64,000 nucleotides of DNA. Source: Methanobacteriota archaeon (GTDB lineage: Archaea; Thermoplasmatota; Poseidoniia; Poseidoniales; Thalassarchaeaceae). A model generated the notes under the pieces. That model searched no databases. It had not been told where the DNA came from and worked only from the letters and a program-made list of their open reading frames with translations. Where the stretch lies: the NCBI GenBank assembly GCA_002718995.2, contig PBGL02000009.1, positions 460 to 64,459 on the forward strand. The letters are read 5' to 3'. This document shows positions 44,175 through 53,400 of this stretch, one piece after another (positions within the stretch are counted from its first letter, which is position 1; every line of letters begins with the position of its first letter). The position numbers were made by a program, and so were the translations under genes.

Positions 44175-44756
44175 ATGGTAGAGTGGCGCACAGAGAGTTA
44201 CCACCCTGTCGTCCATCTTCCTGAAGAGTATGAAGTAAGGGACTTCACAACGGGGGACTACATGCCCTCCAAGTATGAATATGACATAGGGAGATACGAT
44301 GAATTGCGCCCAGGGATGTATTCCACGGAGCTTTTCTCTGGGACTAGGTTCCTGCATATTGGAATAGACATAGGAGGACCAGTGGGAACTCCATGCATGG
44401 CCTTCGAAGAGGGGGAGATCTCTCACTTCGGCTACAATGCAGCTGATGGCGACTACGGGTACGTCATCATCACGAAACACGATATCGAGGGCACTACGGT
44501 TTGGGCATTGTACGGACACCTAAACTCCGAGTCCATTTCAGGCAAGGAGGCAGGGCAGAAGATATCCAAGGGAGAAGTGATTTGCTGGATGGGAGATAAG
44601 CATGAGAATGGAGGTTGGGACCCCCACCTTCATTTCCAGCTCTCCCTTATTGAGCCAGAGACGCATGACATGCCAGGGGTGGTTAGTCCAGAAGACAGGA
44701 ATCAGGCACTCAGGGACTACCCTGACCCTCGACTAGTCCTCGGCCCCATCTACTGA
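44175..44756 (+). CDS. M23 (LytM-type) metallopeptidase-family protein without a signal peptide
   Basis: 193 aa. Motifs HIGIDIGGPVGTPCMA (HxxxD), YGHLN and DPHLHFQLS (HxH). No hydrophobic N-terminus. Confidence 0.7.
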   Translation: MVEWRTESYHPVVHLPEEYEVRDFTTGDYMPSKYEYDIGRYDELRPGMYSTELFSGTRFLHIGIDIGGPVGTPCMAFEEGEISHFGYNAADGDYGYVIITKHDIEGTTVWALYGHLNSESISGKEAGQKISKGEVICWMGDKHENGGWDPHLHFQLSLIEPETHDMPGVVSPEDRNQALRDYPDPRLVLGPIY

Positions 44757-45832
44757 ATCTTCGACAGGTGTGCCTTCAGGCCGACTATGGAATCCATCTG
44801 GGAAGGGTCAACACCGTTGACCAACGCAAGCGCAATGGAAATCCAGTCTGTGACGTGACTCGCGTAAAGCATCCTTTCCAGCAGAGAGCCTCCCTCGCAC
44901 TCTATCCTCCAAACCACAGGCCCTGAGATCTGCTCCAGCATCCAATCGATTCTCGATGAAGTCCTAGGGTTGATTCCCTCACAGGAAAGTACGACGAGTG
45001 CTTGTGATTCTGCATTCTTCGACATCCAGGCTACGATCTCGTTGTGATTCATCTCCGGGACTTCAGTGGACCTAGCGAAGGAGTCGGAGTTCTCGTTCAG
45101 CTGGCAGACGAACCGATATGCTGCCGGACCTAGTTCCGCGGGCGACACAATTCCTATTCCGCACCCCGAGAGTGACGATGCGAGGGTTACTGCCATTCCA
45201 TCTCCGCCTATCAAGTCAGAATTTGTCGATATCGTTCTGAGCCTATCCATCATTGATTCTAGTTCTTCGGCGGCAGGTTCGGGAAGAAGGCCTAGTTTCC
45301 AGCATACTGCCAATTGTGCACCGAAAATATGGCCGAAGGCGGACCTCGGGGTCTGGCCTCCTGGAACACTGATGCACACCGAGTCCTCACTGTTCCCAAG
45401 AATCTCCGAAAGTTGGCCCCCTGAAGAGATCCCTATCACAGTCCCCCCGTTCTCGAGGGCTGTTACTGCGCCGTCGAGAGTCTCTTCTGTTTCGCCCGAG
45501 TATGAAGTCGCTATAACTAGCCAATCCGGGCCCCACCAACTCGGTAGTCCATAGTCGCTCCATGTAACGAAGGGAAGTCCCCCTTCGGAGTCGGCCAGGG
45601 ACCCTAGAAAGCCACCTCCTGCACCGGATCCACCCATGCCGATACAAAGCACTCCGCTCCAGTCGTTATCCTCTCCGACCCCTATTTCTGAGTTGAGGGC
45701 GCTCTCAAAATCATCAATGAAACTCCTAGTGAAGCCAACCATATCTCCAGAGTCTAATTTCCCAATCAGGGACTCCATCTCTTCCGGATTCAACTTGACC
45801 CCCCCTTGCCGACTATGGGAATTGCTAGCCAC
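44750..45832 (-). CDS. Bifunctional phosphoglucose/phosphomannose isomerase (archaeal SIS-domain PGI/PMI)
   Basis: 360 aa. Motifs CIGMGGSGAGGGFL and ATSYSGETEETL. ATG 45778 is an alternative start that would avoid overlap with nmd3. Confidence 0.75.
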   Translation of the reverse strand: MASNSHSRQGGVKLNPEEMESLIGKLDSGDMVGFTRSFIDDFESALNSEIGVGEDNDWSGVLCIGMGGSGAGGGFLGSLADSEGGLPFVTWSDYGLPSWWGPDWLVIATSYSGETEETLDGAVTALENGGTVIGISSGGQLSEILGNSEDSVCISVPGGQTPRSAFGHIFGAQLAVCWKLGLLPEPAAEELESMMDRLRTISTNSDLIGGDGMAVTLASSLSGCGIGIVSPAELGPAAYRFVCQLNENSDSFARSTEVPEMNHNEIVAWMSKNAESQALVVLSCEGINPRTSSRIDWMLEQISGPVVWRIECEGGSLLERMLYASHVTDWISIALALVNGVDPSQMDSIVGLKAHLSKIQ

Positions 45833-46920
45833 TCGTCTTCTATGAATCCGATGCGGATCTCTTCCGAATTCCCGTCATCATCGTATGGTAAAGCTACTGC
45901 CACGACTCGGAAATCCACAGGGTCCATGACCTCTGCCGCAGAGCTGTCCCTGTTGAGTATGCCGACGGCGTGTTGTTCGGAGTAGGAACAGGCTACTGAA
46001 CTAGATTCCATGTCCCTCCATGAAAACCCGGCCCTTTCGAACATCTTCATTTTTCTCAGGATCGGGCCCTCCTTCTGCCAACTCTCGACTAGCCACAGAG
46101 AGCCACGGAAATTGACTACGTCACCTATCCCATAAGCTGGCTTCCTATAGCTTAGAGTCAGTCTGGAGACCTCGATCCCATCGTTGGCCCCAATGACGGT
46201 AGAGGTCTCTTTTACCGTTCCACCGAACTTCCTTACCAGATCCCTCGCCCACCTCCTGGCCATTGCCTTCGAGCCGAGTTTCAAATCCCACCCGCCAGTC
46301 ACCTTGCCCTCTTCAGAGATGAAGAACATGGGATCAGGCTCCATCGAAGAAAGCATCTCGTCCAGTGTTGATCGCAACGACTCTAGTTCGTCATCCTTCA
46401 GCCTCCTGCCTGCGGATCTGAGTTGCATTACGGCTTCGAAGTAAGACCCTGCCTTTCTCGTGCAGGTGGGGCAGACCGCATTACTGGTCTGGAGTAGTAC
46501 GGAGTGATTATCACTAAACTCGTGATTCTCCACTACCCCGACAACATCAACGTGGAGCCTGGATGTTCTCTCATCGATCTCCTCGACTGCGAAACTTACC
46601 TCTACCTTCTTTGAGCGATCCTCGACAAGTAGGTTCTCCCTTATTCGTAGATCGGCCAGATCATTCCCTTCCATCTCCGTCCATCGGCCCCTTATCTCGA
46701 AAAAGCCACACTTTGAACACCTATCCTGTTGGATACGCTCTGGCATTGTTGAAAGAGAGACTCTCGCTCTGAGGCATGTCTCGCAGAGCCTGTCTGAAGT
46801 CAGAGGCGGGGGGGCGCCACAGACGATACAGAAGGCCCCACTTGACATGTCATCCCCGATTAGGCGCCTCGACGTCCCGTTAGAAGGGTTCCCAATGCTA
46901 ATTAGGTCATGAATTAGCAA
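45790..46920 (-). CDS. nmd3: NMD3-family ribosomal large-subunit biogenesis protein
   Basis: The N-terminal Cys clusters are FCIVCG...CETC and CSKCG. The layout is full-length NMD3-like. The likely real start is ATG 46848 (MSSGAFCIVCG). Confidence 0.7.
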   Translation of the reverse strand: MLIHDLISIGNPSNGTSRRLIGDDMSSGAFCIVCGAPPPLTSDRLCETCLRARVSLSTMPERIQQDRCSKCGFFEIRGRWTEMEGNDLADLRIRENLLVEDRSKKVEVSFAVEEIDERTSRLHVDVVGVVENHEFSDNHSVLLQTSNAVCPTCTRKAGSYFEAVMQLRSAGRRLKDDELESLRSTLDEMLSSMEPDPMFFISEEGKVTGGWDLKLGSKAMARRWARDLVRKFGGTVKETSTVIGANDGIEVSRLTLSYRKPAYGIGDVVNFRGSLWLVESWQKEGPILRKMKMFERAGFSWRDMESSSVACSYSEQHAVGILNRDSSAAEVMDPVDFRVVAVALPYDDDGNSEEIRIGFIEDEWLAIPIVGKGGSS

Positions 46921-46923
46921 ATT

Positions 46924-47061
46924 TCACTGTTCGTCATGATGCGATGATTCAGACAATCTTGAATCTAGTTCGGTAAGCCTGGCCCTGATGTGATTCACAT
47001 AATAGCCGACCAGGAATGTTAGTACTGCGTAGGCTGCAAATAACTCTACTTGTCCTGTCAA
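46924..47061 (-). CDS. CcmD-like small membrane protein (45 aa). Not in the ORF track; the TTG start overlaps the ccmC stop.
   Basis: My hand translation gives (M)TGQVELFAAYAVLTFLVGYYVNHIRARLTELDSRLSESSHHDEQ. That is one TM helix followed by a basic/helical tail, in the position immediately after ccmC where ccmD sits in System I operons. An in-frame stop lies upstream at 47074-47076. Confidence 0.4.
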   Translation of the reverse strand: MTGQVELFAAYAVLTFLVGYYVNHIRARLTELDSRLSESSHHDEQ

Positions 47062-47843
47062 CTGGCCACCTCCTCATCGATTTCTCGAAGTCGCTGCTCG
47101 AGCTCGTACTCCATTCGCTGAACCAAGTCGGTCAGTATTGCTAGGCCTATGAATAGAATCAAAAATGATACAAAGCCGATAACGAGAACGCTGAAAATCT
47201 GCGGATCTAGGCCTGATTCTTCGGTATTTACGATCACCACTCCGGGATGCCTCTCTTGGTACCAGGTTGTTGCCACCGCAGTTATGGGGACTAGGGCGAA
47301 GCCGAAGAGCCCTATTGCTGCGAGTGTGTCCCTAGTGTCTTGGCCGTCGGGTTGTGACTTCTTGGACAATACAAGGAACATGGCTACTGCGGTTAGCAAT
47401 GCGAAGGTGTTGAGGCGTAGATCCCCCCAGTCCCATGGCACCCCCCACTCGGCAGATCCCCAAATTGGCCCGGAGGTCACCACGCCCAATCCGAAAAGGA
47501 GGCCCAGGTCGGATCCTGTTGAGACCCATCTCCATCCCCATTCCGTTCTGTTCCTGTACCATGAAATCGCGCCTACGAATAGCATTGAGAAGGCCAAGAA
47601 GGAGGACCATGCGAAAGGCACATGCCAGTAGAGTATCCGATATGCCTCAGGGGCATTCCATGAACTTGGGTCTACCAGCGGTGCCCAGTATACCCCTAGA
47701 AAGAGTGTGGCCACGGCCCCAATTATACCGAGAAATGTCAGCGTAAAACCGACTTCCCTCTGCGAAGGCATGTGGCGTCCAAACGAATCAAGGCCAAGAA
47801 TGCTCTTCCCTAATACTCTGGCAGAAACACTGCCACTGCCCAC
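47058..47843 (-). CDS. ccmC: Heme exporter protein CcmC
   Basis: 261 aa with six TM segments. It has the Trp-rich WWD-type motif GSAEWGVPWDWGDLRLN and flanking conserved His residues (YWHVPF, ERHPG). Confidence 0.8.
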   Translation of the reverse strand: MGSGSVSARVLGKSILGLDSFGRHMPSQREVGFTLTFLGIIGAVATLFLGVYWAPLVDPSSWNAPEAYRILYWHVPFAWSSFLAFSMLFVGAISWYRNRTEWGWRWVSTGSDLGLLFGLGVVTSGPIWGSAEWGVPWDWGDLRLNTFALLTAVAMFLVLSKKSQPDGQDTRDTLAAIGLFGFALVPITAVATTWYQERHPGVVIVNTEESGLDPQIFSVLVIGFVSFLILFIGLAILTDLVQRMEYELEQRLREIDEEVAS

Positions 47844-49228
47844 ACCATAGCTGCCGAGAGGCTCGCGATGATACAGGAGGAAAGCGGGCTACCGATTTCC
47901 AGCTCGAGCGACATTCCCGAGGTCATGATCACTGACAGCGCATCCATGAGTTCTATGAATGGCCACACTAGGACGGCAAGAAGGAGGGATGCAGCGACCG
48001 CGCTAGACCTCCTCAAGTCTGAGACCAAAAGGTGGAGGGCGGATGCTGCGCATGAAACATCGATGATGACTAATGCAGGTAGCCAGAGCCACTTCAATAC
48101 CTCATCAGAGGTTTCCTCGGGAATAGAGCCGCTCAAAACGAACCAAGAAATGTAGGTTACCGGAATAGGCAAAATGATCGATGCCGATATCACTGAATTT
48201 GCGGGTCTCGCGATCGGTCCAAGCATGGCATTCCACCAACGTCCACAGCCCTCCTCTGAGAGCCTACGAACTAGGGCTGGTGAGACCACGGCAGTAATGA
48301 ATGCTGGAGCGAGGACGAGGGCGGCGACCAAATCGTAACCGATATATGTGCTCATTGAGGCTGTCTGAGGCATGTCTATCCCCCCAAGTATTGTGTATGA
48401 CAACAGTAGTGCCAAGATTGCAGGGGTAAGCCTACCGATTGTATCCACGGGATTTCTTTTTTCCATTCTGAATGCCCACCCAGCTAGGGCGAGCATCGGA
48501 CTGGGTTCTATCTTGTGAGAGGGAGAGGGGAGTTTTGTGAGACCCGAGTGACCCGCTCCCACTGTTTCTGATATCGAGCCTGATTCGATGGAAATTATTC
48601 TGGTAGATCCAGAAATGAATTCCTGATCGTGTGTCGCCATCACTATTGCATGTCCTCGCGAGGAGAGCCCCCCTATCCAATTCGACAAAGTGGATCTCGC
48701 GACAGAATCTAGGCCCTCGGATGGTTCGTCCAGCAAAGCAACAGAGGGAGTCTCGCTAAGTGCCACTGGTGCTAGCCCCGAAAGAACGGAAAGTCTCCTA
48801 GTGAGCCCCCCTGACAATTGTGAGACTCTGTCCCCTCTTCGGTGATCTAAGCCCCAATCGGATAGCATTTCAGTGATTGTCTCGTCAGTTGGCTTGAGCC
48901 CGAAAATCTCGATAGCTGTCATGAGCCTCTCTTCGACCGTTTCTTCGCCGCATATCCCGTTTGACTGCAGGGTTAGACCCATTATCGGGGGTCTTGAACG
49001 CCTTCCCTCGGAGTCCCTTACGATCAGCCATTCTCCAGAAGGGGCCAACCACTCAACTTTACCTTTGGTAATAGGCAGGATTCCTGCGCATGCCTCGATT
49101 AGGGAAGTCTTGCCTGATCCGTTTTTACCCTCTAAAGCCAGTACATCTCCAGAGGAAATCTGCAATTCGAGACCCGAGAGGACCGTCCTATTGCCTCTGT
49201 GCACCTCTAGATCAGAAATCCTCAGCAT
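47810..49228 (-). CDS. Fused CcmA (ABC ATPase) and CcmB (permease) heme exporter
   Basis: The N-terminal half has Walker A GKNGSGKTS, the signature LSGGLTRR and Walker B ALLDEP. The C-terminal ~245 aa is a six-TM CcmB-like domain. I set the start at ATG 49228 (MLRISDLEV) rather than 49357, which would overlap the divergent rhomboid gene. Confidence 0.7.
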   Translation of the reverse strand: MLRISDLEVHRGNRTVLSGLELQISSGDVLALEGKNGSGKTSLIEACAGILPITKGKVEWLAPSGEWLIVRDSEGRRSRPPIMGLTLQSNGICGEETVEERLMTAIEIFGLKPTDETITEMLSDWGLDHRRGDRVSQLSGGLTRRLSVLSGLAPVALSETPSVALLDEPSEGLDSVARSTLSNWIGGLSSRGHAIVMATHDQEFISGSTRIISIESGSISETVGAGHSGLTKLPSPSHKIEPSPMLALAGWAFRMEKRNPVDTIGRLTPAILALLLSYTILGGIDMPQTASMSTYIGYDLVAALVLAPAFITAVVSPALVRRLSEEGCGRWWNAMLGPIARPANSVISASIILPIPVTYISWFVLSGSIPEETSDEVLKWLWLPALVIIDVSCAASALHLLVSDLRRSSAVAASLLLAVLVWPFIELMDALSVIMTSGMSLELEIGSPLSSCIIASLSAAMVWAVAVFLPEY

Positions 49229-49324
49229 GGGCCCCCTCCAGCTCATGCGAGCTGTAACGACCGTTTGAGTCGTTCCATCGACAGAAGCCCCTATTGGCAA
49301 CGGTTGATTGGGCGGCATGGGAAT

Positions 49325-50338
49325 ATGTCGGGCTCTTTGATGGCACTTGAATCGCAAGAGATGGTTGTGGGCCTTCTTTTTCTCATTGTGGCGATATCGC
49401 CATACGTTTCGGCCAAGAGAAATGATACCAGTTTCGCACTAGCAACAGTACTGTCACTGATGCTCGTTGCTTTCCTGCAATTCTCCAACTCATTTTTCTC
49501 TGGGGTCCCGATGCAATTTGACTGGCCGATTGGGGCATTTGGAATCAGGCCGGCGATAATGGGCGATCCTATGGAGTCCTACAGATTCGTGAGCTCGGCT
49601 TGGCTTCATGCCGATTGGATTCACGTCCTAAGCAACATACTGGTAATCGCCCTGGTCGGAATCCCCCTTGAGCAGAGAATGGGGGGCAGGCGTTGGATGG
49701 CTGTTTATGCCATAGGCTTCATGGGAGGAAACATAGCTTGGATATTGTCGCACCCGGACTCAAATATTCCAGCAATAGGGGCCAGCGGGGCTGCATTTGG
49801 CTTGCTTGGAGCATATATGGCGTGTTGGCCAGATGATGAAGTTGAGTTTCCCCTACTCTTCCTAATCAGGGCGTGGCCCATCTGGGTCATTGTCTTCGTC
49901 AGGTTGGGCCTGGAAGTATGGCAAATGTATTCCATTCAAAGCGGAACTGCTGGAGAGGGGACAGTGGCACACATGGCACATGTTGGCGGTTTCTTCTTGG
50001 CCTACTCTTTGGCTCAGACGATAGCCAGAGGCGGTCCCCATTCCCCTGGTCGGGAAGACGGTTCTGGATCGTCCACAGGGCCACGTTCCTTCGAGATGAG
50101 CAGACTTGATTCGGACCCATGGATGGAATCCGGGAAGCCACTGGAAGGTCAGGCGGCGAAGGTGCTGTCCAGACTCAGAGAAGAGGGGGATGAGCCTGAA
50201 ACCAGGAGGGCTTGGCTCGAGGAGCTTTCTGAGCATACGATTTGCCCCATATGCGATGGTGAGATTGTAGCAATGGTTTCTGGCTTGGAATGCCACATAG
50301 AATGCAATATCTCGAGCAAGCATCTGAACTGGCCATAA
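49325..50338 (+). CDS. Rhomboid-family intramembrane serine protease with a C-terminal cytoplasmic zinc ribbon
   Basis: Motifs WLHADWIHVLSNIL, GASGAAFGLLGA (catalytic Ser) and AHVGGF (catalytic His). The tail has CPICDGE...CHIEC. The track start 49265 is a TTG, and the first ATG is 49325. Confidence 0.8.
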   Translation: MSGSLMALESQEMVVGLLFLIVAISPYVSAKRNDTSFALATVLSLMLVAFLQFSNSFFSGVPMQFDWPIGAFGIRPAIMGDPMESYRFVSSAWLHADWIHVLSNILVIALVGIPLEQRMGGRRWMAVYAIGFMGGNIAWILSHPDSNIPAIGASGAAFGLLGAYMACWPDDEVEFPLLFLIRAWPIWVIVFVRLGLEVWQMYSIQSGTAGEGTVAHMAHVGGFFLAYSLAQTIARGGPHSPGREDGSGSSTGPRSFEMSRLDSDPWMESGKPLEGQAAKVLSRLREEGDEPETRRAWLEELSEHTICPICDGEIVAMVSGLECHIECNISSKHLNWP

Positions 50339-50405
50339 GACGGTTTTTTCGAACTCCAACAGGTTGAGATTATACAGGGCCGTAAATTGGCTCTCTAGGA
50401 GAGCC

Positions 50406-53400
50406 ATGCGAGGAGACTGGTCAGGAAGGCAGTCAGTACTAGCAGCCCTGATGCTCATTCTTCTTGACTTCTCAGGGGGCGCTACCGCAGTAGTTCCCTC
50501 TGAGAATATTGACGCAGGAGAGTTTGAAATCGATATCCCGGATGACTCTCCGCCGCCCCTCTATTGTGGCGATGTTATTTGTGAGGCCAAGGATAGGACG
50601 CCATATTTGCCGCCTTACGATGTTGATTGGCCGGTGCAAGAGCCCGGGTGGTGGTTCGAATATTGGTACGATCTTGACAACAATGGGATGGACGATAGGC
50701 TTCAGTGGATAATTTCCGGAGAACGAGATTCAGTGTCGACTAGCGCGATAATGGGCGAAGATGGCAGAATGACTGTCGCTATTTTCGTTGATTATGCTTG
50801 GCACCCGGGAACTGCCGACATAAACCGGCTGAAGGGCGTTCTGATGGATCACGGATGGGAGGAATACGGGTCCTACTTCAGGACTGTCGAGATTATTGAC
50901 ACTGTTATCGTCGAACATGTGCCAGTTAGTTCCCTTATGGACATTCTAATGCTTGATGGCGTGGTCCTAGTGGAGCAGCAAAATGTTCTGGTCCCCTACC
51001 TGAATACTGCGGCCAGGGGTTCCAAAGTTAGAGACTCGGATGTTTATAGTGAAACCATGAGGGACTATGGCTACGACGGTTCGGGAGTTGTAATCGCTAT
51101 TGCTGACACGGGCGTTGACAACGAGCACTTCTCTCTCGATGATTTCTCTGACAACAACGACGACAATGAAGCTGAGCCTGATGAGTTGCCGGATCCCAAG
51201 TGGGTAGCTGGCTGCGATGCCACTTCGTGGAATCAACAAGACTGCGATGACGGGGGGGACGACCCTGATGATGGCGATGGACATGGGACTCACGTTGCGG
51301 GAATAGCCCTTGGAACGGGAGACTCTGACAGAGACAACCAAGGTTATGCTCCGGGAGCGTATCTCGTTGATATCAAGGTCATGACTGATGCAGGGGCTTC
51401 CAATTCTGGGTACACTGTAGCCGGAATTAACTGGGCCGTTCAGAATGTCAATACAGACTGGGGAAATAATGACTCCAGCAGAGGTATCGACATACTTTCG
51501 ATGTCTTTCGGCAGCAGTTCAAATCCGACTGGAGATGATCCGGGAGATAATGGAACTGGGGCGGATGCAAACGCCGTGAATGCTGCTTCAGATGCTGGAA
51601 TAGTCTGTGTGGCTGCTATAGGTAATGATGGATACAGGAGAGTGACATCTGTAGGGGCGGCGGACTCGGCGATTACGGTCGGGGCCATAGATGACAAGGC
51701 GAGCATAGAGAGGGGTGACGACTCGATTGCTTCTTACTCAAACTCTGGGCCAAGGGAGGATGACGGTGATGACGATGAGTGGGACGAATTGAAGCCCGAC
51801 GTTGTGGCCCCCGGCTCCAATGTCATGTCTGCCCAGCATGCTGCCTCAAGTTCGCAGTTACCCGGCTCCCCCAAGCCACTAGCCAGCGACAATTACGTTC
51901 AGATGTCCGGAACGAGCATGTCGACTCCGGCGGTAGCCGGATTCATTGCTGGGATGCTCCAAATGGACGATAGCCTGAGCCCCCAGGAAGTGAAAGACAT
52001 ACTGCGAAACAATTCTGAGACCAGAGGGGAGGCTTCCGAACCCAGTGTAAGTAACAGGTGGAATGATCAATATGGATTTGGGATCGTGGATGGTGAGATG
52101 GTACTACAAGCGGTCCTAGGGGACACAGGAGGAGGAGATCCCGGAGGAAACCAGACGGAGCCACCCCCTTCGGGTGCGGGAGAGTGGATAGTAATCGAGA
52201 CACCAGAGGAGGACTCTTGGTTGGTCGAGGGGGAGACTTACAGCGCAAGAGGGCACATAGACGAAGATGCCGATACAAATGGGACTATTGAGGAAGTTAA
52301 GGTGAAAATCACCTATACGCACAGACCGGATGACTCCCCCAGGCAAACAGAAGTACTGGTAGACTGGCATGCTGCCCAAGGGACTATCAATTGGTCCACT
52401 CCATTCAGCGTCCCTGAATTCAGCGAGGACGATATCAACATCGAGGACGTGATTGTTGAAGTCCAAGCCAAGAATCAATTCGAACAATGGAGTAAGATAG
52501 AGAAGAGCGAACATCAAGTTGGACTGGTCGATATTGGATTGGGGGGGCCTAGTGGGCAAACTCCGGTTTCTGGCAATACCAATGTGTACGGGACATGGGA
52601 GTCGGTAAATGGAGGAACGTTGCAATGGAGGCTCGGAACTGATTCATGGGAAACCATAGACCAATTTGGAGGAAGTGGGAGCGGGTCCGGGGACTGGTCG
52701 GTCAATTGGGATACCACCGATGTGAACGATGGATTCTACCGGATCTCAGTCAGGATGATCAGTGGGGACGGAGTGCACTCAGAGGAAGTAAGGAGGACCG
52801 TTGAGGTCGATAACGACCCTCCAGCCCCCGACCTAATCTTCAGGAGCGGGATTTCAGTTGATGAATATGGCATCACCATCTCAGAAGCTTATGTCAATAC
52901 TTTCCTTGAAGTGAGGTGCGAGGTCAGGAATGACGGTGATCTGGATGCCACAGAGGTGAGCATCTACCTGAAAGAGAATGGAGCCAGGAAAGACGAGATA
53001 GTTGTACCGAGCATTGGTAGCGGTGATATCGTCGAGATCGTCCTATACTGGAACCCCTCCACGGTGGGTGAGAAAACGCTCACTATTTCCCTTGACCCCT
53101 CCAACAGCATTGATGAGATCAATGAGGACGATAATGAGCAGTCCGTAACATTCCCAATCATCCAAAGGCCGCAAGGAATAGATCTGGCACTGAGGGAGGG
53201 CGCAGTTAGGACAGAGCCATCAATCCCCAGACCCTCAGAGCAATTTCTCGTCACGGCCAGAGTAGACAACCTAGGATCTAGCGATGCGATCAATGTCGAG
53301 GCGACCCTCGAGATAAGAAACTCCCTAGGCTGGGAGTCTGTTTCTTCTACTGTAATGTCCCTGGTGGTCGGACAGGGTGCCTCGCAAGTTTCATTCGCTC

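Noticed and set aside
49862-50458. A 198-aa minus-strand ORF spanning the rhomboid 3' end and the subtilase 5' end.
   Set aside because: It is antisense to two well-supported genes and crosses their intergenic gap. Its composition is shadow-like and it has no recognisable motif.
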